NCBI GenBank assembly: GCA_050239825.1
Contig: JBFXGO010000010.1
Span: forward strand, 1-51,787
Origin: a bacterium
Lineage (GTDB): Bacteria; Hydrothermota; 32-111
Direction of reading: 5' to 3'
Length of the DNA stretch: 51,787 nt
The stretch's first letter is position 1. Every line of letters starts with the position of its first letter. Both the position numbers and the translations under genes were made by a program. The notes beneath the pieces are model-generated. The model was given only the letters and a program-made list of their open reading frames with translations, did not search any database and was not told where the DNA came from. Of the stretch, positions 1 through 8,293 are shown in pieces.

Positions 1-257
1 TTTATGAAGTTCGGATTTATCTTTATCCTATATTCATTCATGAAATATTCCATCGATGCTGTTTCAACATCATTTGTTTCAATTATGTTAGTTCCCGCAA
101 GCTCATAAATAAGATCTTTCATCTCATTCGTACCGCCGACTATCATCTCTCCATCATTTTCATTTCTCTTTGACCTCATAAAATCATCTACATTCTGATC
201 AAGAACTCTGTTTTTGTACATTGTGACATTGATTCTTTTTGTCAAATCAAAATCCAT
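1..257 (-). CDS. Partial CDS (runs off window); possible N-terminus of a DUF2201/VWA-associated metallopeptidase-like MoxR partner
   Basis: Manual translation from ATG at 257 (MDFDLTKRINV...ETASMEYFMNEYRIKINPNFI), open to position 1. AGAGG upstream; overlaps the stop of 247..1299. The TA...INPxF pattern resembles DUF2201 N-termini. Confidence 0.55.
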   Translation of the reverse strand, partial: MDFDLTKRINVTMYKNRVLDQNVDDFMRSKRNENDGEMIVGGTNEMKDLIYELAGTNIIETNDVETASMEYFMNEYRIKINPNFI

Positions 258-1299
258 TTGAACCTCTCTTCGGAAGGACAAGATATGCATAGTATGGCTC
301 ATCGTGACCCGTCACTCTCGCAATAGACATTGATCCATCCGGAAGATAATATTTTCCGGCGACAAACTTTGAATAGATGGCAGTAGCTTCCTCAGGGTCA
401 TCTATCAGAGTCGCATCCTTTGCAACATCCACATGAAACGGTTCATTGATTATGAAGTGCTTTTGTTTAATCGGCGGTCTCACGTTCTTTGCTATGCGCT
501 CAATGTTTTTGATTATGTAGCTCTTGGAAGGCACTTTCACTATGTATCTTGCTTCAAGGTGCGGCTTGGGAATGTAATCTGTTATGCTGTCCGTGTGAAA
601 AAGGAATCCCTCTTTGTCAAGCTTTTCAATGAAGTTGTCCGGAAAACTCCTGATAGCGTCATTCTGATAAAAATCACTTCCGTCGAAGGCAAAGTAAGCG
701 GGTCTGGAGTCATGTCTCGCATAGTATCTCCTGTCCGACATTGTTTTAAGCAGGTATTTGAGACTCTTCACTCTTGCACCTTTTATATCTCTCTCTCCTT
801 CAATTGCAATCACATACACAGCATCACAACAGCTTTTTACGAAGATTTTTCCTTCGCTTGAATTGTCATGAAGAACTACATCCTTTCTTTGAATGAGATT
901 CACTTCATTTATCATACCAAGTTCTTTTCCGGTTTCGTGAAACCCTCTGTTTTTCATGGTTTTCCTCTTTTCAAAGAAGTCCTCGCATTTTACAAGTAGT
1001 TCCGCATATTTTTTGTCCGAACTCAGCTTCTTCTGCTCACTTATGAAATTCATCAGTCCTCTTTTGTTTGAGTAAATGGCGGCTCCCTCCTTTATCATCT
1101 TCCTGTTTTTTTCCTTGACGCACATTTTCAGTTTGAAATGCTCATTCTTCGCATGATTTTTGAATCTGAAGTCGAACGAACCCAATCTCCCTTCAAACAT
1201 GAATAGATCGTCAATACTAACATCCGTTGTCTTCTCTTCGCACATGCTGACCTTGTTCTTGGAGTCATAATAAAATTCCAATAATCCCTTTACCTTCAT
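247..1299 (-). CDS. Hypothetical protein (350 aa) in MoxR operon
   Basis: Long ORF, AGGAGG RBS, tightly packed between co-oriented neighbours; no recognised family. Confidence 0.8.
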   Translation of the reverse strand: MKVKGLLEFYYDSKNKVSMCEEKTTDVSIDDLFMFEGRLGSFDFRFKNHAKNEHFKLKMCVKEKNRKMIKEGAAIYSNKRGLMNFISEQKKLSSDKKYAELLVKCEDFFEKRKTMKNRGFHETGKELGMINEVNLIQRKDVVLHDNSSEGKIFVKSCCDAVYVIAIEGERDIKGARVKSLKYLLKTMSDRRYYARHDSRPAYFAFDGSDFYQNDAIRSFPDNFIEKLDKEGFLFHTDSITDYIPKPHLEARYIVKVPSKSYIIKNIERIAKNVRPPIKQKHFIINEPFHVDVAKDATLIDDPEEATAIYSKFVAGKYYLPDGSMSIARVTGHDEPYYAYLVLPKRGSNGF

Positions 1300-1308
1300 T
1301 TTTCCTCC

Positions 1309-2664
1309 TTATAAAGAGCTTTCAATTTCCTTAACGAGGGCATCCCTCTCTCTCGCATCAATCTTTTCTCCCGGACGCTTGATGGATTCGCAGATGAATT
1401 CCGACATAATCATCTTCCAGTCATTTGCATCAATGCAGTATGAGGCGTAAAAAGAGTTGAATCCATTCGGCGGCTCTATCATGAGTTCATATATTGAATC
1501 CATCAACAGCTCATGCATCGTGCATGATATGTTAAGGTTCTTCTCTTGCATCAGGTTCAAAATCGCTTCGGCAACTTCCGCAAGAGAGGTTATGTCCTTT
1601 CTCTCCTTCGCTGTCTTGAACTCCTCAATGAACTTCTGCACTGTCTTGTCATTCTCAGGTCTCTCCCTCTTGCTGTTCTCCTTGATGAACTTTTCAGTTG
1701 TCTCTTTCATTGTCTTGCTGTTAAACACAAACTTCCTTTTGATCCCTGTCTTCATTGCATCTGTGATTTTTTCTCCGATGGCTTTTAGTTTTGTGTCGGA
1801 GATTCTTGACTCATTGACATTATGAGGGAGGGAGAACCTCAATGTTTCATTGACTCCCTCCCTCTCTTCCGTCAACCCGCACTTTTGCTCGATAAGAAGG
1901 CTCATTATCTTGTAATTCCTGAAGAGCATACCTATGCGTCTCCCATCAATCTGAAGGTTATCCTCTATGAGAATGTCTTTGGCTGATAGGATGAAATTCT
2001 GCGCTCTCTTTGTGAGATTATCATCTTCAAATCTCTCTGTCACATATCTGATTGTATCCTCTATGCTTTTCTTGGTGCTGTTGTTATGCGTATTTATTCT
2101 CTTCTCCCTTAAAAGCTTTGCATCATCATTGTTCTTTGCGCTTGCTATTTTAAGGATAACAGAGTCATCAAGCGTCTCTATTGAAGGCATCCTTATTATC
2201 GTGGCAAAGCGTCCAATGAGGGCTTCGTCAAGAGGCTCTGCTCCGGCATAGGAGAGGGGATTCATAGCGGCAAAGACATACTTAAGCGGTTCTACCCTCA
2301 CCCCCATCATTTTACGGGAACGAATGACCTCCAACCATTTGTTCTGCATTGATACTTGGGCTCTCGATATTTCATCAATCAGAATGAACTCCTTGTCCCA
2401 GATTGTCATGGGTGTCTTTATGTATTCTATGGTTTTGTTTTTTACTGACTCAGGGTCGGGAAATCCGACTATGTCCTCAAACATTGCTCTTGATGCGTCA
2501 TAAGCATGGTAATTCAAATGAAGGGCTACTGCAAGGTTTTCGCACAATGCTGTCTTGGCTGACCCATGCGCTCCAATGAGAAGCACAGGGTCACCCGAGA
2601 CAATACCGCAGAGAATTCCGAGTTCTATTGAATTGTAACCGTAAATTCCTATCTCTTCAAACAT
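1309..2664 (-). CDS. MoxR/RavA-family AAA+ ATPase
   Basis: Walker A GAHGSAKT, Walker B ILIDEISRA, AAMNP sensor-1 and PLDEALIGRF arginine-finger region; AGGAGG RBS. Confidence 0.88.
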   Translation of the reverse strand: MFEEIGIYGYNSIELGILCGIVSGDPVLLIGAHGSAKTALCENLAVALHLNYHAYDASRAMFEDIVGFPDPESVKNKTIEYIKTPMTIWDKEFILIDEISRAQVSMQNKWLEVIRSRKMMGVRVEPLKYVFAAMNPLSYAGAEPLDEALIGRFATIIRMPSIETLDDSVILKIASAKNNDDAKLLREKRINTHNNSTKKSIEDTIRYVTERFEDDNLTKRAQNFILSAKDILIEDNLQIDGRRIGMLFRNYKIMSLLIEQKCGLTEEREGVNETLRFSLPHNVNESRISDTKLKAIGEKITDAMKTGIKRKFVFNSKTMKETTEKFIKENSKRERPENDKTVQKFIEEFKTAKERKDITSLAEVAEAILNLMQEKNLNISCTMHELLMDSIYELMIEPPNGFNSFYASYCIDANDWKMIMSEFICESIKRPGEKIDARERDALVKEIESSL

Positions 2665-2681
2665 GATACCTCCTTTTTCAA

Positions 2682-3560
2682 TTAACTTATGAGCGGATAC
2701 TTTTCAGGATTCAGCTTGAAATTCTCTGTTTCAAGCACTTCAATCGATAGAAGGAACCTGTTCTCATAACTTACAGAACTTCTAAGCTCAATGGTGTTCT
2801 CGTAGAAGGCATTTCTCATGAGAGAGTCCCTGTTTCTTTCAGCAAAACTTCTGATGAAGTGCGCTGTCCTCTCATTCATCTCCTTGAATGTGATGACCCA
2901 TTGTTCCTCTACCCTATCAAGCTTTATGATTATCCAACCCTCGCTTACCGCTCTTTTCTCAAGCTCATTTTCACTCAGATTCTTTATTATTTCACCATCC
3001 ATCTTCTTATTTGACAACAGATACATCTCCTTCAACCAATCCATGTAATTGTTTCTGCTCACTCTCTCATAACGTTGGAAGATGAAATTCTTTGAACTTA
3101 TGAGTATTGTATCCGGCGCGAGAAAGGGAAACTTCTTGTACTGATATTTTAGATTTTCGATTACTCCTTTGATTTCTTTTTTTGTAAGGGCAAATTTTCT
3201 CCTGTATGTCATGGGAGTTCTCGATGGCTTTAGCTCATAGTCGAGATATATGGAGAAGTGGAACAGACCTTTTTCATCCTTACCAAGATAGCGGAAGAAA
3301 AGGCACGGCTCTATGAATGCTTTGTAATCCCTGCTCTTCTTTTCATTGAGCGCATTATCAAAAAATTCAACAAGTTCGCAGAGTTCATTTGTCTGAAGGG
3401 CTGGGTCTGTTTTCCTTATGCAAGACCCCTTTTCATCGACATCAACATGGACAGTCAACCATTCGCTGTCAAAGGAGAACCTCTCCTCCGGATAGGCATA
3501 ACCGGCTATTGTGATTGTGATTTTAGTGTTTTTTTCACATTTAAGCGTTAGTCCGTTCAT
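2682..3560 (-). CDS. Protein with N-terminal WapI-like (immunity-family) domain and unknown C-terminal domain
   Basis: GYAYPE..FDSEWL..DPALQTNEL..FIEPCLFF matches the pattern I recall for WapI-family proteins; AGGAGG RBS. Confidence 0.6.
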   Translation of the reverse strand: MNGLTLKCEKNTKITITIAGYAYPEERFSFDSEWLTVHVDVDEKGSCIRKTDPALQTNELCELVEFFDNALNEKKSRDYKAFIEPCLFFRYLGKDEKGLFHFSIYLDYELKPSRTPMTYRRKFALTKKEIKGVIENLKYQYKKFPFLAPDTILISSKNFIFQRYERVSRNNYMDWLKEMYLLSNKKMDGEIIKNLSENELEKRAVSEGWIIIKLDRVEEQWVITFKEMNERTAHFIRSFAERNRDSLMRNAFYENTIELRSSVSYENRFLLSIEVLETENFKLNPEKYPLIS

Positions 3561-3699
3561 ACTTTTCCTCCTTTGTTTATGTTATGCCGCGCCTCCTTGG
3601 TCAATTGAGGCGAACCACCACCCGCTCAAAAAGAGAGACAGAATGAACATTAGACTTCAAATCACTTGTATTTAACAAATTATTAAGAATACCGAGAGA

Positions 3700-3746
3700 A
3701 TTATACATATATTCTTTATATCTTGCGAATATTAACTTATTCGCAA
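3700..3746 (-). promoter_or_regulatory. Putative promoter (TATAAT at 3700-3705) with palindromic operator TTGCGAATA-N6-TATTCGCAA (3723-3746) over the -35 region
   Basis: Perfect 9-bp-arm inverted repeat read directly; -10 consensus downstream on the minus strand. Confidence 0.6.
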
Positions 3747-3817
3747 CGGTCTGGGTGTGGAAAATGTGTGATGGCACTTCATAATTCATGATTTCTCCCG
3801 TAATTAAATATTTTGAA

Positions 3818-3940
3818 TTCTCTTTCGACCTTCCGCTACTTACATTGCGTAATGCAATTTGTAGCAGAGCTCCTTACTCATCCCCGCAGTAGAATTTTCT
3901 ATCTTAAAAATAGAATCATGCGGGAAGAGAAAAGAGAGAA
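3818..3940 (-). ncRNA. Candidate structured RNA / 5' leader (multi-stem)
   Basis: Stems CCCGCA/TGCGGG (3883-3888/3919-3924) enclosing TTCTAT/ATAGAA; GCTAC/GTAGC (3835-3839/3861-3865) enclosing ATTGC/GCAAT; closing UCUCUUUU/GAAAGAGA stem. Lies just downstream of a consensus promoter. Confidence 0.4.
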
Positions 3941-3960
3941 GCTTTTTTAGAACTGAAGAT

Positions 3961-4009
3961 ATTATAACACAAAAATAGGAAATTGTCAAGCGAATAATTG
4001 AATATTCGC
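3961..4009 (-). promoter_or_regulatory. Consensus sigma70 promoter TTGACA-N17-TATAAT with adjacent operator GCGAATA-N6-TATTCGC (3990-4009)
   Basis: -35 at 3984-3989, -10 at 3961-3966, exact consensus with 17-bp spacer; the palindrome abuts the -35. Confidence 0.8.
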
Positions 4010-4017
4010 AATAGATT

Positions 4018-5469
4018 TTACTTGAACCTACCTAACTGACGGGAGAGTTCCCTGATTCTTTCTGAGATGGTATCAACGGATTTATTGAGTTTTTCTACTG
4101 TCTCTTCAATTTTCTGTGAGGGACTCAGGTTCGCATCAGGAAGATAATTTGATATGTTGAGGTTATAGTCATTGACTGCTATGGCATCCCTTGACACATT
4201 CCTGCCTGCATCATCAATTCTCCTTTTCAGTTCATAAGATGTCAGATTCTGTTCTTTTGTCAAAGCCACCATTCTCTTGAAGTTGGAGAAGAATACTTCT
4301 TTTTTGTTATTGTTCATCCTATCCCACACCATCATCACAGGATCAACATTTGCCCGCGAGTATGTCTCTCCGTAAATTGAATATGCCCTCGACAAAAGCC
4401 CTTCATCAACAAGGTTCTTCCTCAATTCGTAATAATTTTTGTAAGTCAGAAATGAAAAATTATCTATTATGTACGAAATGGACTTTTCATCCATGATTTC
4501 AAGAAGAAAATAATAGATATAATTCTCTTTTGGTATGTTGCTCTTTTTTTCAAGAATTTTTACGAATGATTTTAGAATCGTCACTGACTCATCATCAAGA
4601 AAATGCGCCTTTTCATCTGTGTCAATGTCAATAATGTTACCAAAAACAAGCTCGTATTTCTGCAAGCATCCTTTTTTGTCTGTAAAAGTATTTTTGTACC
4701 ATGGCTCTTTTATGCAGTTTACCTCAACATTTCTGTATCCGAGAAACCATGTCTTCATGAAAAAATAGGCAGGTTCATTGTTGTTGATTCCATTGAAGAA
4801 GAAGACTGCGCTTTTATTTGCATCCCTGCATTTTCTAACGATTCCGCTATACAATGATTCATTGGAGAATGACAGGTCATAGACAAGAACTTTGCTACCA
4901 AATCTTTTAAGCTCATTGCTTATTCCGGAGAGCAATTCACTTTCTAGCTCTTCCGACATTTCAGACCTGAGATACCTGGTTCCCATTCCCGTAAAATCCT
5001 TTGAGGGTTCATACTTGTTTTTTAGGTAGCGTGAAAACCCGTTTAATGTATTGAATTCTTCCTTTGAATTGATTGCATCTATCACTGTCTTCAATGACTT
5101 TTTCTTCAACCGTCTCTCCGTCCTGTCAAACTCGCCTGCTTCGCCTCTTTCAAACATGCATTGAAGTGATTTAAACATCTCGTTATTTTCAAAGAGATAT
5201 TTTATCTCATTATTAATTCTGCTTAAAATGTCTTTCTCTGACTTTGCAAAAGCAAAAAAGTCAAAATCAGGATTAAGCACTATGGAACTTTCAGAATTTC
5301 CCTTCAGATAAACATATTTGAGAAAGAAGGTTTTTGCCAGAAAATCATTCTTTCTCATCCAAAACCTCGCCTCAGAGTCCATTGACCTGCGGATCTTCCG
5401 CTCAAACTCGAACTCACTCTCTCGTTTTTTCGGCGGTTCGTCTCTAAAAAACTTTTTAGATAGAGTCAT
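4018..5469 (-). CDS. Degenerate Type I HsdM-like (N6-MTase fold) protein, predicted catalytically inactive
   Basis: HsdM hallmarks (C-terminal AIAVNDYNLNISNYL plus coiled tail; KGCLQKYELVF). Motif I reads VYDLSFSNESL instead of YDPxxGSG, and motif IV reads FGNIID instead of ANPPF. Start abuts the hsdS-like stop. Confidence 0.7.
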   Translation of the reverse strand: MTLSKKFFRDEPPKKRESEFEFERKIRRSMDSEARFWMRKNDFLAKTFFLKYVYLKGNSESSIVLNPDFDFFAFAKSEKDILSRINNEIKYLFENNEMFKSLQCMFERGEAGEFDRTERRLKKKSLKTVIDAINSKEEFNTLNGFSRYLKNKYEPSKDFTGMGTRYLRSEMSEELESELLSGISNELKRFGSKVLVYDLSFSNESLYSGIVRKCRDANKSAVFFFNGINNNEPAYFFMKTWFLGYRNVEVNCIKEPWYKNTFTDKKGCLQKYELVFGNIIDIDTDEKAHFLDDESVTILKSFVKILEKKSNIPKENYIYYFLLEIMDEKSISYIIDNFSFLTYKNYYELRKNLVDEGLLSRAYSIYGETYSRANVDPVMMVWDRMNNNKKEVFFSNFKRMVALTKEQNLTSYELKRRIDDAGRNVSRDAIAVNDYNLNISNYLPDANLSPSQKIEETVEKLNKSVDTISERIRELSRQLGRFK

Positions 5470-6075
5470 TCATTCCTCTTCCATCATGTTTACTATGTTT
5501 GAGGAGAGTGTTGAAAGAAGGTTCCTGCATCCCTCAATCTCCCTGTTTATATCCCTGTATATTGCAATAAGATTGCTGATTTTTGTTTGTTTTGCTTCAT
5601 CAAGAAGGGGAACTGTTATGTTGCGAAGTATCTCTTTCGTGAGAACAAGCATAGTTGAGGCATTGGAACTTTTGATTATCTCATTTGCGGCTCTTCCCTG
5701 CCTTATGTAAAGGTCAAGAATCTCCGAAGATATGAATTTTTTGAAATCTTCCTTAATTCTGATTGCAATGACATTTGAGTTTATCAGATATCCGTCCCTG
5801 TCAATGTCAACAACCGCGCTCTTTATCGACCTTCCGCGAGAATTGACTACTACATCACCCTCAATTACCTTGCAGTTGACTATCCTCTCTCCAACATCCT
5901 TTATCTTTTGAAAATCTCCTGTGAAAAAACCGTCACTATCAATGTTTGAAATTGAAATTATCTTTACTTCCCGTACTGAACTCGCGAAAGAGGATGAAAA
6001 TTCATCCTTGTAGTTGTTTATGTTGAGTCCGACAAAGACTTCTGCTATTTCACCTATACTCTTTTTTTCTACCAT
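5470..6075 (-). CDS. Half-size (single TRD) Type I HsdS-like specificity subunit
   Basis: IGEIAEVFVG..ISISNI..EGDVVVNSRG..NSNVIAIR..ITVPLLDEAKQTKI, the typical TRD plus conserved helix. Start reassigned to ATG at 6075, 6 nt after the -10. Confidence 0.82.
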   Translation of the reverse strand: MVEKKSIGEIAEVFVGLNINNYKDEFSSSFASSVREVKIISISNIDSDGFFTGDFQKIKDVGERIVNCKVIEGDVVVNSRGRSIKSAVVDIDRDGYLINSNVIAIRIKEDFKKFISSEILDLYIRQGRAANEIIKSSNASTMLVLTKEILRNITVPLLDEAKQTKISNLIAIYRDINREIEGCRNLLSTLSSNIVNMMEEE

Positions 6076-6081
6076 TCTCAT

Positions 6082-6110
6082 ATAATATTCACTTATTCGC
6101 CAAAAGTCAA
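6082..6110 (-). promoter_or_regulatory. Leaderless promoter TTGACT-N17-TATTAT containing an operator-like GCGAATAAGTGAATATT
   Basis: -35 at 6105-6110, -10 at 6082-6087. The spacer region matches 16/17 nt of the 3723-3746 operator. Confidence 0.7.
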
Positions 6111-6173
6111 GCATCTTTTCACATATTTGACGAATATCTTAATATTGACTATTTATAAAACTCAATTGTGATT

Positions 6174-6782
6174 ATGACTATGAAAAATATATTCTTAATA
6201 TTCATTTGTCTGGCGGCACTCTTTATGTCGGCAGAGGAGTCTGACACCTCAGTTGTATATTTCACTTCAGATATATCTTCAGAAGGGCTTTTGAAAGTTT
6301 ACAGAATGTTGGGTGTTACTGACACGGAAAAGGTTGCTCTCAAAGTTCACTTCGAAGAGGACGGAAATCAGAATTACATAAAGCATGTTCTTTATGAAGG
6401 GATAGTAAAAGCTACGAAGGGCACATTTGTGGAGACGAATGTTCTTTATGTAAGCAGAAGGAATTTTACCAACACGCACATCGCACTGGCTAAGGAGCAT
6501 GGGTTCGGATATGCGCCCATAGACATTCTCGATTCCGAGGGGGAGATGGAGATTGAGAATGAGAATCCTAAATATTTCAAGAAAGTCAAAATCGGCAAAG
6601 AAATGGACAATTATAGAATGTTCGTCATACTCTCCCATTTCAAAGGGCACGGACTTGCAGGTTTCGGCGGAGCGATAAAGAATATCTCAATGGGGTTCGC
6701 CTCTCCAAGCGGAAAGAAGGAGATTGAATTTGCCTATGACCGCAAAACGGGAAGTATAAATTACAAAATCATCAACATATGA
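6174..6782 (+). CDS. DUF362-family protein with signal peptide, shortened
   Basis: VYFTSDIS, KVALKVHFEE, ETNVLY, SHFKGHGLAGFGGAIKNISMGFAS motifs; only ~200 aa. Confidence 0.78.
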   Translation: MTMKNIFLIFICLAALFMSAEESDTSVVYFTSDISSEGLLKVYRMLGVTDTEKVALKVHFEEDGNQNYIKHVLYEGIVKATKGTFVETNVLYVSRRNFTNTHIALAKEHGFGYAPIDILDSEGEMEIENENPKYFKKVKIGKEMDNYRMFVILSHFKGHGLAGFGGAIKNISMGFASPSGKKEIEFAYDRKTGSINYKIINI

Positions 6783-7721
6783 TTACTGCCTTAAGATCAA
6801 GCCTATCTTCACTTCCAATCCGCTGTCCAAAAAATCTGTAAGCACCAGCCTGAATCCAGACTCCACATATGTCGAAAGATTGTAAGTGTTCATCATCAAC
6901 ATTCCAAGGCGGGGTTTAAAGAATATACCTCCAATTGATGCGTTCGGGTACATTTCTTTTCTGTTGTAAACATACTCTACTCCAATATCGCCGCCCCAGT
7001 AAGGCGAGAAAGTCGTCGGTTTTGCTATATAGATATATCCCGCGCTTAACGCAATTGATGCTGCCACAGGCAATTCAAAATTAATGTCCATTCTCGCGTT
7101 CTTGGAGACTTCCATAAGAATTGATCCGCTTAGCATCAGCACCTTCCTGTAATCGCCGGCATAGAGTCCATCTGTGGTCAAAGGAGATGTCCACATGTAT
7201 CCGAATGCACCTGTGAATCCCATAAGTCCGCTTCTTCTGTCAGATAATTCGCTTTTTATTTCATCCTGGCTTAAAAGCCCTACTTCTACAAGCTGGTCAA
7301 CAGTCTTATTCTGAGTAAAAACCAGCACAGCCCTTTTACATACCGGTTTCAATTCTTCCGGATTTTCCAGTGCGAATTCTTCGTTTCTTTCAAATTCAAG
7401 AGTCTTGAAATTGAAAACGCTCATTCTCATGATGAATCTTTCGCCGAAAACATAGTATTTGAATACTATCATTCTGTCATACTCTAGCGTACCGTATCTC
7501 TCGACAAGCAACTGCTTGTCATTCCAAATGTTCTGAATGTCATCGTCAAAGAGAACCATGGAGCTTATTTTGTATTTGGAAAGGTCATCAGAAAAAAGGT
7601 TAAGAAATGACTTTCTCTGAACTTCATCTATTACAGTTGAAGCGTAATCCACCAGAAGAACTCTTTCCGCGGATAAGCCCAAAAAGACAAAAAGCACTAA
7701 TATCAATGAAATTTTTTTCAT
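6783..7721 (-). CDS. Hypothetical exported / outer-membrane protein (C-terminal beta-barrel-like)
   Basis: Signal peptide MKKISLILVLFVFLGLSA; alternating hydrophobic strands in the C-terminal half. Confidence 0.7.
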   Translation of the reverse strand: MKKISLILVLFVFLGLSAERVLLVDYASTVIDEVQRKSFLNLFSDDLSKYKISSMVLFDDDIQNIWNDKQLLVERYGTLEYDRMIVFKYYVFGERFIMRMSVFNFKTLEFERNEEFALENPEELKPVCKRAVLVFTQNKTVDQLVEVGLLSQDEIKSELSDRRSGLMGFTGAFGYMWTSPLTTDGLYAGDYRKVLMLSGSILMEVSKNARMDINFELPVAASIALSAGYIYIAKPTTFSPYWGGDIGVEYVYNRKEMYPNASIGGIFFKPRLGMLMMNTYNLSTYVESGFRLVLTDFLDSGLEVKIGLILRQ

Positions 7722-7729
7722 CTTTCCTC

Positions 7730-8182
7730 CTATTGAAATAAGAATGGCATAAAAAGCAATGTAATGTAAGCTATCATGATGCCCGATACCACAATTGTGG
7801 CAAAATTTTTATAAGAATCATTTTTTTCAGAATCATCTGATGAAATTGTTTTTCCGTAATATCCGTCTTCAAACCCCTGTTGGTAATACTCGGATGCGCT
7901 CTTTTTTTTGGAAATTTTTCTTAAATCGTCAGGTTCCAAAAGAGGAGAATTTATGATATTGTTGGTTTCATTGGAACCATTCGACTTGGCATATAAGCGG
8001 CCGTCCGTATAACCGCTTTTGTAAAGGTCTCCTTCCGATGATGCTGAATCAACCAAAGAATCATTTGGCGAATCTTCATTCTTCTTTTCATACATTTTAA
8101 ATCTTTCAATTTGAGCAGTCAGCAAAAACGGCATTGCTAACAAAATGACAATTAAAATGATCTTCAGTCCTTTTTTTTCCAT
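7730..8182 (-). CDS. Hypothetical protein with signal peptide and C-terminal TM helix
   Basis: Hydrophobic N- and C-termini; repeated YxxGYxDG / YxxGFxDGY motif. Confidence 0.72.
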   Translation of the reverse strand: MEKKGLKIILIVILLAMPFLLTAQIERFKMYEKKNEDSPNDSLVDSASSEGDLYKSGYTDGRLYAKSNGSNETNNIINSPLLEPDDLRKISKKKSASEYYQQGFEDGYYGKTISSDDSEKNDSYKNFATIVVSGIMIAYITLLFMPFLFQ

Positions 8183-8188
8183 ATTGAT

Positions 8189-8217
8189 ATTTTATAACAA
8201 CAATTTTCTCATGTCAA
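8189..8217 (-). promoter_or_regulatory. Leaderless promoter TTGACA-N17-TAAAAT
   Basis: The -10 ends 6 nt before the ATG at 8182; no SD. Confidence 0.65.
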
Positions 8218-8293
8218 TAGATTAACAATAAGAATATCCTGTCAATTGACTTTTAGAAAAATTTAATTATCATTTATCGATTAGGAGGTCTTG

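Noticed and set aside
3601..3789. 62-aa ORF on the minus strand with a GGGAG SD-like sequence
   Set aside because: No recognisable family, and it runs across an operator palindrome and a -10 element. Cannot be supported as a CDS without ribosome profiling or homologs.
3820..3890. Possible hammerhead ribozyme (GATGAG...CGAAA) or cobalamin riboswitch fragments
   Set aside because: The CUGAUGA core and the full cobalamin consensus elements are not present.
6076..6114. Longer N-terminus of the first hsdS-like ORF given by the ORF track
   Set aside because: The extension overlaps the -35/-10 promoter; the paralog's layout points to ATG 6075.
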